A stretch of DNA of 64,000 bases from Octopus bimaculoides (Eukaryota): contig NC_068991.1 of the NCBI RefSeq assembly GCF_001194135.2, forward strand, positions 60,915,880 to 60,979,879, written 5' to 3'. The notes below the pieces were generated by a model. It worked only from the letters and a program-made list of their open reading frames with translations, was not told the origin of the DNA and made no database searches. The translations under genes and the position numbers were made by a program. Positions 24,404 through 36,660 of this stretch are shown here, piece by piece (the stretch's first letter is position 1; each line of letters begins with the position of its first letter).

Positions 24404-27199
24404 TTTTCCTTCCAACACACGATCTCAGATCAGGTCACTTGCTATGCAAGTACATCTCTGAATATTATTAGAAATTATATTAAAAAATTGTCGAAATATT
24501 TTGTGTATTGTGGAAGTACAACCAGTTTTATTGCACATAAATTTTAGCAATAAAATCTTATATGAACATTGTTGATAACCATTGTATTAGAAGATGAGTT
24601 GTAACAGGGAAAGGTTTGACATATATATATATATATATATATACAACCATATGTATGATAGATGATGTAGTAGGGACATGCAGCTGTTTTGTAGTAGAAG
24701 GTTCCAAAGTAAACTTAGACTGAACTTAAGTCTCATAAAAAGCCAGGTGATATTTCTGTTGAAGCATGATGGAGTTCTGTATAGTAGGTCCATCCAACTG
24801 AATCTGGCAGGCAACATTCTTTAATCTAATTTCTTATGCCTCTCATATAAAAGGTGGCAATCATTTAACAAATCTCACTAATAACTATTAAGAAACAGAC
24901 AAGGCTTACAGGAAATTAATGAGGAAAGCAGCAAATTTTTCTAATAGAATAAACAAGGCACAAGTATGGCTGTGTGGTTAAGAAGCTCACTTTGCAACCA
25001 CGTGGTTTGTGTTCACTGCCACTGCATAACACTTTGGGCAAATGTCTTCCTTCTGCTGTAGCCCTGGGCTCACCAATGTGCCTTGTAAGTGAATTTGGTA
25101 GATGGAAAATGCTTGTGTATATATGTATATATCTTTGTATATACATGCAGTTGTGTATACAAAGGAGCTATTATTGTTTTTGAAAGTTTTTCTTTATATC
25201 TACTACAGACCGCTTGAAGCTTACTAACTTCCTACACCCAGATCCTTGGATCTTACAATTACATATCATATCATCATTATCATCATTTAACGTCCGTTTT
25301 CCATGCTGACATGGGTTGGATGATTTGACTGAGGTCTGGAGAGCCAGCAATGTTTCTGGCAATGTTTCTACAGCTGGATGCCCTTCCTAATGCCAACCAC
25401 TCTGAGAGTGTAGTGGGTGCTTTTTATGTGCCACTGGCATGGGAGCCAGTCAGGGGGTACTGGCATTGGCCACGTTTGGATGGTGCTTTTTACGTGCCAC
25501 TGGCACAGGAGCCAGTCAAGGGACACTGGCCACAGCTACAATTTTGATTTTACTTGACTCAACAGGTCTTCTCAAGCATATGATATCGCCCGACACATTA
25601 AGGGTACTCTTAAACGGGCTGGACATGCAACACTGGCATCAGTCATGACTGTGATCTCACTTTAGTTGCCGGGTCTTCTCAATCACAGCATATCTCCAAA
25701 GATCTCGGTCTCCTGTCATTGCCTTTGTGAGGCCCAATGTTCGAAGGTCATGCTTCACCACCTCATCTCTTTGTATATAATATCTATGTGTGTCTTTGTA
25801 TTCGTGCTTGCCCTCTACCACTGCTTGACAGCTGGTTTTGTTTTATTTATGTCCTGATAACTTAATGGTTTGGCAAAAGAAATTGATAGAATGAGCATCA
25901 GACTAAAAAAATTAGTGCTAGTGTTTAACTAAATCTTTCAAGGCAGTGCCCCAGCATGACCACAGTCCAATGTCTGGAGCAAGTAAAAAGATCAAAACGT
26001 TATTATAAACACTTATATTTGTGATTACAAAGAAGTGTTAAAGTGCATTTCAAATAAGTAATAACCACCATCTTCTTCTGAAGAATTCTCTAGCTGCCTA
26101 ATAAATAGATAATTGAATGAATGAATAAATAAATAGATATATAAATGAATGAATAAATAGATCAATAAATACAATTCTAAATTCATTAAGTTGCTGTCAA
26201 TGCCTAAATAAAAGTTCAAATTGCAATACAAGTTGAAGAGGCAGTGAAGCTTCTACTCCAAATTTGTTTGAGCCTTGAAACTTCTGGGAAGAACTAAGAA
26301 CCTGGCCATAAGGACTATGCCTCAGGACAAGTTTAGCAAAGCAGTTTGTATTCCATTTGGAATTTGGTTCTACATTGAAAATAATATTTCACTGGAACCC
26401 TAAATTCATTATTCCAGCATGCAAACAATGGACCATGCAAACAAAGATGCACTTTTTTTCCAAAAATACTGGGTAAGACCCTGGATCCTGTATGCAAATT
26501 TGGGCCTCTCACAAGCTTTAACACACTGAAAACTGTTTTGCCTGAATATGTGCTGCTCAAATCAGGATGCATCTAATATCCTTTCTACTAAAGGCACAAG
26601 GCCTGAAATTTGGATGGAGGGGACTAGTCGATTACATCAACCCTTGTGCTCCACTGTTACTTAATTTATCGACCCTGAAAAGATGAAAGTCACAGTTGAC
26701 CTTGGGGGAATTTGAACTCAGAACATTAAGACAGGTGAAATGCTGCTAAATATTTTGCCCAGCATGGTAGCAATTCTGTCAGCTTGCTGCCTTAAGGATG
26801 CATCTAATATGTCTTTGAGTCTTTTATGTCATTCATCATCATCATCATCATCATCATTTAATGCCCGCTTTCCATGCTAGCATGGGTTGGACGATTTGAC
26901 TGGGGACTGGCGAAACAGATGACTGCACCAGACTCCAATCTGATCTGGCAGAGTTTCTACAGCTCCAACCACTCCAAAAGTGTAGTGAGTGCTATTTACA
27001 TGCCACTGGCAGGAGTGCCAGTCCGGCAGTACTGTCAATGGCCGCACTCAAATGGTGTTTTTTACGTGCCACCTGAACAGGAGTCAGTCCAATGTTTTGT
27101 TCACATGGCATTGAATACAGTAATTCATAGTTAATTTTATAAAGAAAAGAAACATCAGTAAACTTTTTAATATATGAAAAATCTCACTTTATAAGGCTG

Positions 27200-27505
27200 C
27201 TAGGTGCAAGTTCACCTAAGTTTTAAGGCTGAAATCAGTTAAGAAACATAATGAAGATGATGACAACAATCTAAGTTAACGACCTAAGTAGAATGAGTTG
27301 TAAAGTTTTAAGAAGGTGAGTGGAAATGAGAAGCATCAGGTGTTCTTTGCACAAGACAATATCGTTGACATTGTGATAAGAATAGATAATGAGTTAGTTG
27401 TTGTTGACAAGTTGTAGTAGATACAGACCAAAGGAGAGTTGAAGGAAATGAATGAGAATTTGATGAATGGGAATATAAATAAAATGAAAAGATGAATGAA
27501 TGTTG
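27200..27505 (+). pseudogene. Second RTE ORF2 linker relic, paralogous to 20820-21275
   Basis: 27289-27470 equals 21061-21242 at 181/182 positions. Confidence 0.8.
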
Positions 27506-28086
27506 GATGGCAGAGACAGAAAGGGGGGCTTTTTTTTTGGGGGGGGGGGTCCTGGTATGACGAAATTTTTTCTAAAAACAGTAACATTGCCCCATGAATC
27601 ATAAAACCTGTCACACATGTACATACATTCTCCCATTCAGTTTCAGTAACACTTCCTACATGTTGTTAGCATGCTACCCTCTCTACTCTACATGTAGTTT
27701 CAGTATTTTTTGACTTTGTTCATGAAGGCATTTGTAAAGTGTATGTATGTGTGTGTGAGTGTGTGTGAGTGTGTGTGTGTATATATATGAAGTGTATGTA
27801 TGTGTGTGTGTATATATACACACACATACGCTTTACAAGTACCTTCATGAACAAAGTCAAGATATATCATCATCATCATCACTGTTTAATGTTTGCCTTC
27901 TATGCTGGCATGGATGAGACAATTTGACAAGAGCTGGCCAGGTAGAAGCCTGCACTAGACTTCTGTAACTGTTTTGGCAGAATTTTTATAGCTGGATGCC
28001 CAACCTGAAGGAAGAGAAGGAAAAGGAGAGAAAGAGAGAGAGAGGGAGAGAGAGAGAGTGAGAGAAAGAGAGAGAGAGAGAGACAA

Positions 28087-28118
<32 letters not shown>

Positions 28119-29031
28119 AGACAGCAGGACAGAGATGGTAGCAAAGTGCCAAGCATACTCACAAGGGACGGGGATCAGAATATAAATGGGATGGTTGAGT
28201 AAAGGAAGAGAGAGATAAAGATGGTGGCAAGTGCCAGGCCGTACCCTTGAAGTTCAAATGCCATAATACATCTGCTGATTCACTAGAAGTGATAAATAAC
28301 CATATCATTCAATATGGTTAGCCAGATCTGGATGATATCAGAGTGCTAATAAGGTACCTGGCTGGATTCCTAATCCTTATTCCTTTATACTATATGTACG
28401 TGTATATANNNNNNNNNNNNNNNNNNNNNNNNNNNNNNNNNNNNNNNNNNNNNNNNNNNNNNNNNNNNNNNNNNNNNNNNNNNNNNNNNNNNNNNNNNNN
28501 NNNNNNNNNNNNNNNNNNNNNNNNNNNNNNNNNNNNNNNNNNNNNNNNNNNNNNNNNNNNNNNNNNNNNNNNNNNNNNNNNNNNNNNNNNNNNNNNNNNN
28601 NNNNNNNNNNNNNNNNNNNNNNNNNNNNNNNNNNNNNNNNNNNNNNNNNNNNNNNNNNNNNNNNNNNNNNNNNNNNNNNNNNNNNNNNNNNNNNNNNNNN
28701 NNNNNNNNNNNNNNNNNNNNNNNNNNNNNNNNNNNNNNNNNNNNNNNNNNNNNNNNNNNNNNNNNNNNNNNNNNNNNNNNNNNNNNNNNNNNNNNNNNNN
28801 NNNNNNNNNNNNNNNNNNNNNNNNNNNNNNNNNNNNNNNNNNNNNNNNNNNNNNNNNNNNNNNNNNNNNNNNNNNNNNNNNNNNNNNNNNNNNNNNNNNN
28901 NNNNNNNNNNNNNNNNNNNNNNNNNNNNNNNNNNNNNNNNNNNNNNNNNNNNNNNNNNNNNNNNNNNNNNNNNNNNNNNNNNNNNNNNNNNNNNNNNNNN
29001 NNNNNNNNNNNNNNNNNNNNNNNNNNNNNNN

Positions 29032-29076
<45 letters not shown>

Positions 29077-29994
29077 ATATGTATGTATATATGTATATGT
29101 GTGTGTGTGTGTGTGTCTGTCTGTCTGTATTTGTCCCCTATCATTGTTTGACAACTGGTGTTGGTGTGTTTATGTTCCCATAAACTAGCGGTTTGGCAAA
29201 GAGGCTGATAGAATAAGTACCAAACTTAAAGAAAAAGCAAACAAAAAGTACTAGTGTTGATTCATTCAACTAAAAGCTCTTTAGGGCGTTGCCCCAACAT
29301 GGCCACAGTCTAATGGGCGAAACAAGTAAAAGTTAAAGTATTAGCATCATACATGTGCATGCATTTATGTGTGTGTATGAGTGTGTCTTGTGTCTGCACA
29401 TGGGTTTGTATATTGCACTGTTTCTACCTATGTCATTCATGTATCCATTTTTTTCTCATTCTGTCTCTAGTATGTGCATGCATGCCTTGTGTGTGTGTAT
29501 GGGTTTGTGTTTTACAGTTTGTATCTATGTCTTTTATATATTTATCTTTTTTCTGATATATATATCAGGGATGTGCTGCCTGGGTAGGCAAGGTAGGTAG
29601 TGTCTACCCTGAATGAAATAGATCAATAGTAACATTTTCCTTTTATGGCAAAATATGCACCTAATTCAATAAAATTATGAAGGTTACTCAGATTACTATG
29701 CATAAGATGCAAGATATTTTATTTTTTTGTAGATTAGGCATAATTCGCTCCTGCCTTTCAATTTCAGTATTAAAACTATGTATAGTACTGCTGCAGTACA
29801 TGTGCTGTGTACATTCCTACAAGAACATTTTCTTTACATGCTATAAAGGTAGAAGTAAATCTGCCTCCAACTCAGTCGCGCACCTGTGTTTAGCTTATTT
29901 TTTTGTGTGTTTTACTACATAAAGGTCACCAACTGCTTACTCTGAGTAATTACTCACGGCATGTGCCTGATATATATATATATATATATATATA

Positions 29995-30172
29995 TCATTC
30001 ACCATGATAGATCGCTAACCACTACACACGTTTTTTTCTCTCCTTGTTTCTTTCTGTGGAAGAGCATAGGCTCAAAACGTTAAAGACTTTTTCACTTCCC
30101 GAGCGTTAAACTAATATGTCTGTTTGTTTTCTACACCACCTGTCTTCGTCTTTTGTTTTTTTGTGAATTCTT

Positions 30173-30175
<3 letters not shown>
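29995..30175 (+). mobile_element. Penelope-like element terminal fragment with hammerhead relic (30049-30086)
   Basis: TCTTT-CTGTGGA-A-GAGC(atag)GCTC-AAAACGT-T-AAAGA. Stem I (TCTTT/AAAGA), stem II and palindromic ACGT stem III are present; both core boxes are mutated. Confidence 0.5.
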
Positions 30176-30214
<39 letters not shown>

Positions 30215-31417
30215 GTTAGGTTATAATCTGTTCAGAACATAGTAGAGTACAGTATAAAGCTTGCCCACGTTCAGATTTCACCTGGTGCTATCCAGAAGTA
30301 GTATTATATGTAGATTTGTGTTGGGGCTTCTGTAGTGTGTAAGTGGATAATTGAATAAGTTGGAGTTAACTTCGACTTCATCATATTCAGTTATATATAC
30401 TATATGTGTGTGTGTGTGTGTGTATAGTCAAATCAAATAAATGAACATTAAAAATAACAATAAAAAACAAGAGGACATGCACATACATATACATTATTGA
30501 ACTTATAAGATAAGTAACAAGTTAACAAACTTGACACATATATTTAATACATGCACTTCGTGACTATATCTCAAAACGATACACCACACACATACACGCT
30601 ATTTATCTGTGTGTGTGAGAGCATGTGCGTTTACTTCCTCTTTCTGTCTCTCTCTCCTCACGTCCGACATCATATAATTAAATGCAAACAAGTGCAAGCA
30701 TGGCTGTATGGTTAAGAGGTTTACTTTGTACCTGCATTACTTCAGGTTCAGTCCCACTGCATGGCACCTTGGTTGGCTTCTGCTGACCAATGCCTTATGA
30801 GTGAATTTGGTAAAATGGAAACTGTGTGGAAGCCCGTCATACATATGTGTAAATAAGTGTGTGTTGGTTTGTTTACATCCTTAGCTGTTTGACAAATGAG
30901 AGTGATAAATAAGTATCAAACTTAAAAATAGGCACCATGGTCAATTTGTTTGACTAAATCCTTAAAGGTGGTGCTCCAGCATGGCTGCAATCAAGACAAG
31001 GAAACACAAATATACACACACACCCATGTAAATATGCTAATATTGAACAGTGAGAATAAGTACTCAACACAACGTTGTTGTTGTTGTTTGTTCCTTCTTG
31101 AACCATGCTTGGCTCATAAGGGCTGGTTTCCCGGTTTCATTTGCGTATAGGTTCCCCACCTGGACAGGTCGCCAGTCTGTCACAGGTGAGCTGCTAGCTG
31201 CAGGAGGAGAGAGTGAGAAAAAGTTGTGGTGAAAGAGTCAGCAGAAGTTCATCATTACCTTCTGCCGGAGCTGCATGGAGCTAAGGCGTTTCACTCATAA
31301 ACACACACATCGCCCAGTCTGAGATTTGAAATCGCGATCCCTTGACTGCAAGTCTGCTGCTCTAACCACTAGGCCATGTGCCTCCACCAACACAACATTG
31401 GTGGATAAATATTTTTT

Positions 31418-31700
31418 AAAGTGATAGCATGTTGTCAACTTAATGTGACAGTCCCATAAAAGGGAAGAGTGCTACTGTTATTTAGCCCTAGGAAACACTG
31501 TTTCCTGCTGGACTTGATATATTTCCTATGTCCTTATGTTTTCAAAGTGGAGACAAGCACCTCCACCCAACTAAACCAGCATTCAGACACTAGTTTCAGA
31601 GTCATTGCTCATCATCAGTCTGGAGGAGCAAGCCAAATAACAGTAGCATTCTTCCCTTTTATGGGACTATCACATTAAGTTGGCAACATGCTATCACTTT
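31418..31700. mobile_element. MITE with 66-bp terminal inverted repeats
   Basis: 31418-31483 vs 31635-31700: 63/66 complementary. The flanking T/A allows a TA-type target site. Confidence 0.9.
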
Positions 31701-34650
31701 ATCGTGCTGCTACTGCATAAATCTCTCTGAGAGATTTAGAAATATATTATTTCTAAATATTTTTTTTTTGTGGCTTAAGAAGGTTACCAATGGTTTCATG
31801 TTAAGAGGGATCACTTTACAATTTTCAAGTGTGTCACATAGGAACATTGGTACTTGTCTTTATTTACATGAAACCATTGGTAACTTTGTTAACTCAAAAA
31901 TTAAGTATATATCATAATCATCATTTAATGTCCGTTTTCCATGCTGGCATGGGTTGGACAGTTTGACTGAAAACTGGTAACCTGGAGGGCAACACCAGGT
32001 TCCAGTCTAATTTAGCATGGTTTTTATGACTGGATGCCCTTCCTAATGCCAAGCACTCCAAGAGTGTAGTGGGTGCTTTTTACGTGCCACTGGCACAGGT
32101 GCCAGTTATGAAACAGCGGCATCAGCCATGACTGTGATCTCACTTGGCTTGACAGGTCTTCCCAAGCACAGTATATTGCCAAAAGTACCGGTCACTTGTC
32201 ACTGCCTCAACAAGGCCCAAAGTTTGAAGGGTGCTTTTTACGTGCCACTGGTACCAGGTGTGTGACACTGGCATTAGCCACAACTATGATTCCACTTGCC
32301 TTGATGTGTCTTCTCAACCACAGCATACATATATATATATGCACACACACACACATAGAGGAAGAGAAAACAAAAAAAAAAGAAGAGAAAAACAGAAGAA
32401 AAGTAAAGGAGAAGATACAACAACAACACACACACATAAAGTGAGACTAATTGTTTTATTTAATATCTAATTGCTATGAAAGTGAATTTTTCAGTCGAGA
32501 ATTTCTAGCCATGCCTTTAGGGCAATCACAATCATCATATAAATAGGCCGAGTGGTAGTGGTGGTGGTAGTTGTTGGTGTTGTTATTGTTGTTGTTAAAA
32601 TATTTTTTAACAGCCAAAGAAAAAAAATGAAATTATAAAGGGTGGTGGTGGCGACGGTGGTGGTGGTGAATTTAAACATTATAAAGAAGACTTCGCTAGA
32701 ATTAAAACAAAAAAATAAAATAGGAGTATGTGGATGGTGAGAAAGAAGGATGGTAGGGCAAACGAGGTAAATTTGTGTTTGTCAGTCAGCCAACACAATA
32801 CTGTGTACTATTAGAAGGGATTTGGGGAAGTTCTTTGACACATAATAATGACAGGGGAGGACCGTACTTCATTTTTAAGATAAAGAATTTGAAGACAGGA
32901 AGTACCACAGCTGAGTAAACATGGTAGGGGAACTGAGGGTGTCACACGAGATGTTTTAATCCCTCTACCCCTAACTGACAAGCAGTGGTGATTTGGAGGA
33001 GGGTTACAGCAAATCTACTTACATATGAAAAGGTAGTGCAGGCTATGTTGTCACACCAATCTTTGGTACATAATTATTGTACAGTATTAGACTGGGTTTG
33101 TGTTGGGTACCTAGGCTACTCCACTTACATGATAGTTAATATATTGATGTTTCTGATCCTTATGCATAAACGAAAGGGGGCAGGAGGAAAGGGGTGGGGA
33201 TAAGGGGAAGGGGTAAAGGAGAAAACAGAGAGACGGAAGAGAGGTGCAGTGAGAGAAAGATTAAAGGGGTGGAAGGCATGAAAAGCATAAGAGGAAGTGA
33301 AGATGTGGAGAGAAGGGAAGGGAGACTGAGGGAAGAGAAGGTAGGAGACAGAGAGAGAGAGAGAAGGAAGGAGAGAGGGGAAGGAAGGTCAGAGGGAGAA
33401 GTGAAGGTAAGAGGAGAGAGGGAGGAGGGAAGGTGAGAGAGAAGAGAGGGTATAAATGTGGAGAAAACCAACTAGTTTTTAAAATCATCAGCACTTTTAG
33501 ACAATTCCTTGAACAGTATCAAAAGATATGAAAGACAATATTTAGGGAATTTGTCAAAGTGGTTCTTTAATAAAGATCAACAGTTGGTAGTTGAAAGGAA
33601 ATGATGTTCAAAGAATTAAAATCTTAACATTAATGGTAAAAAAAAAAAAAAATAGGGCACAGTTTTTCTTTTTGCTTTCAAAAAGTTTAATCAAAATGAA
33701 TGGGGTTGCACTTCATAACCCTTTGTGGGGGTGGGGACAGTGAGGAGTGACTCCCAGACTAGTGCACTCGATGTATAGTTTAGTCATCGGCATGCAAGTC
33801 AGCAACTGCAAAGAAAGATCTCGGTAGGAAATAATAGCTTTTTCAGTTCTCTTGGGTTGGGAGATAACAATACCAAAAATGTATGATGCCTTGCAGTTTG
33901 GAGTCAGCACTTGTGTTAAGTGCAAAATACAGGGNNNNNNNNNNNNNNNNNNNNNNNNNNNNNNNNNNNNNNNNNNNNNNNNNNNNNNNNNNNNNNNNNN
34001 NNNNNNNNNNNNNNNNNNNNNNNNNNNNNNNNNNNNNNNNNNNNNNNNNNNNNNNNNNNNNNNNNNNNNNNNNNNNNNNNNNNNNNNNNNNNNNNNNNNN
34101 NNNNNNNNNNNNNNNNNNNNNNNNNNNNNNNNNNNNNNNNNNNNNNNNNNNNNNNNNNNNNNNNNNNNNNNNNNNNNNNNNNNNNNNNNNNNNNNNNNNN
34201 NNNNNNNNNNNNNNNNNNNNNNNNNNNNNNNNNNNNNNNNNNNNNNNNNNNNNNNNNNNNNNNNNNNNNNNNNNNNNNNNNNNNNNNNNNNNNNNNNNNN
34301 NNNNNNNNNNNNNNNNNNNNNNNNNNNNNNNNNNNNNNNNNNNNNNNNNNNNNNNNNNNNNNNNNNNNNNNNNNNNNNNNNNNNNNNNNNNNNNNNNNNN
34401 NNNNNNNNNNNNNNNNNNNNNNNNNNNNNNNNNNNNNNNNNNNNNNNNNNNNNNNNNNNNNNNCCTCTGGCCCCTATGCCAGTAGCATGTAAAAAGCACC
34501 CACTACACTCTTGGAGTGGTTGGCGTTAGGAAGGGCATCCAGCTGTAGAAACACTGCCAGATCAGACTGGAGCCTGGTGCAGCCTCCTGGCTTCCCAGAC
34601 CCCAGTCGAACCATCCAACCCATGCCAGCATGGAAAACGGACGTTAAACA

Positions 34651-34682
<32 letters not shown>

Positions 34683-36429
34683 AATATATATAGGCACAGG
34701 AATGGCTGTGTGGGTAAGAAGTTTGCTTTGCAACTGTGTGGTTTCTGGTTCAGTCCCACTGTGTGACACCTTGAGCAATTGTCTTCCACTATAGCCCTGA
34801 ATATCTTGTGAGCAAATAAACACTTTGTGAGAAAATCTGATACATGGAAACTGCAAGGAGACTACTGTATAAGTATGTGTGTGTGTGTGTGTATGTGTGT
34901 GTGTGCGTGCGTGTGTGTGTTGTGTTTTTGTATCTCTATTTATCTCCCCACACTACTTGAAAACTGGTGGTTTGCTTACATCCAAGTAACTTAGTAGCTT
35001 GACAAATGAACAAAACAAAATAAAAATGAAATGTACCAGTACTAAAACAGAAAATACTGCTGTTGATTTGTTCAACTAAGCCTGCTCAGGGTGGTGCCCC
35101 AGGATGGTCACAGTTCAATGACTGACACATGTAAAGGATTAAAAGATATATATGGTACAGGAAACTCACCTGAAGTAGAAGAACCATACAAAGTTAATAC
35201 ACAGCTTACTTAAACTTTTATTAGTGTTAGTTATTTATTCATGTTCCTTTCAATTAATCATGCATTATCTTGTAACTTCAAGAAAGTGGTGAGGTGGCAG
35301 AAATGTTTGCACGCTGGGCAAAATGTTGAGTGGTATTTCGTCTGCCTTTATGTTCTGAGTTCAACTTTGCCTTTCATCCTTTCAGGGTTGATAAATTAAG
35401 TACTAGTTGCATACTAATCGACTGCCACCCCCACTCTCCCAAAATTTTGGGCCTTGTACCTAGAGTAGAAAAGATTATCTTGTAACTTCAAGATTGCAAA
35501 GGTGTTTGTATATCTTTAGAATGACATTGTAGGGTAGGTGTGAGAAGTTAGATCTGGTCAGTTTTAATATAAAATAGGCAGAATATTTTGGCTGGATATG
35601 GCAAGATTAAATGTATTCAGATTACTCTGTCAAATGTGATACTTATTTATTCATGTTATCGTGAATTAATCACGCAGTATCTTGTAGCTTCGAAATTTCA
35701 ACGGTGGGTTTGTATATTTTTAGAATGACATTGTAGGGTAGGTGCGAGAGGTTAGATCAGGTCAGTCTTTTAAACATAAAACAGGTGGAATATTTGGGAC
35801 AGATATGGCCAGATTAAAAATGGAGAAGGTGGAAAATTTAAAGGAACAGTTTAGTTGTAACATTTTTTTGGATGTTAATACATAAATTATAACAATGTGA
35901 TAGGGAGGCAGGTGAAAAACGATGGTGTGAGAGTGGAAACAGAGATGAGTGACAGAGACAGACAGACAGATGGATAGCCGGCCCAGACCTATTATATTTA
36001 ATGAAACCTCTGGTGGAGCAAAAGGTTGCCAATGAGGTCAGAATTCAATAACTGTAACAAGAAGAGGAGAGGAATCAGAACAGATTTGATGATTTGATCA
36101 GTGAATCAAGACCTCAAGTTCATTAAAGCAAGGGAAGATATGGTAATAAAAACATGGAAAGATATTTATAGATGACTGATTGACTGACCATTGATTTTGC
36201 TGGTTGGCTGGCATGGTGGCTAGATGGTTCAAACACCCCAAGCTTCTTCTACACCTCTTTGTTTTCACCATTATAAATTGTACACATGTTAACATTAAAG
36301 AGGTGATACACTTCTCTCAAAGATGTCTGCATTTTCACCAATTCATATAACTTTACTATTGCTATACATCATATACACCAACATTTGGTTTTGATTTTCA
36401 TTGACAGATACATGACTATGCACACGCAC

Positions 36430-36660
36430 ACACAAACACATGCACTAACACACATACACACACTGTACAGTTCAGTTCGAATTTCCACAGACAGATAGAC
36501 AGACAGATACAAAGACACACACACACACACACACACCTTTGCAATTCAGCATACATGTTTATTTAGTCCCAATTTCCACTAACACAGACACACAGACACA
36601 CATTTGCAATTCAACACACATCATTATTTAGTTCTGATTTCCATAGGCATAAGCTTACAT
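36430..36660. repeat. Degenerate ~65-bp tandem repeat with (CA)n spacers
   Basis: Recurrent TTTGCAATTCA(G/A)CA...TTATTTAGT..(G)ATTTCCA blocks. Confidence 0.6.

Noticed and set aside
25380-25540. Short tandem GGTGCTTTTTACGTGCCACTGGCAC units with variable spacers (also 32040-32300 and 49840-49950) that look CRISPR-like
   Set aside because: They are internal repeats of the family C retroelement tail. The spacers are related to each other and the context is eukaryotic with no cas genes.
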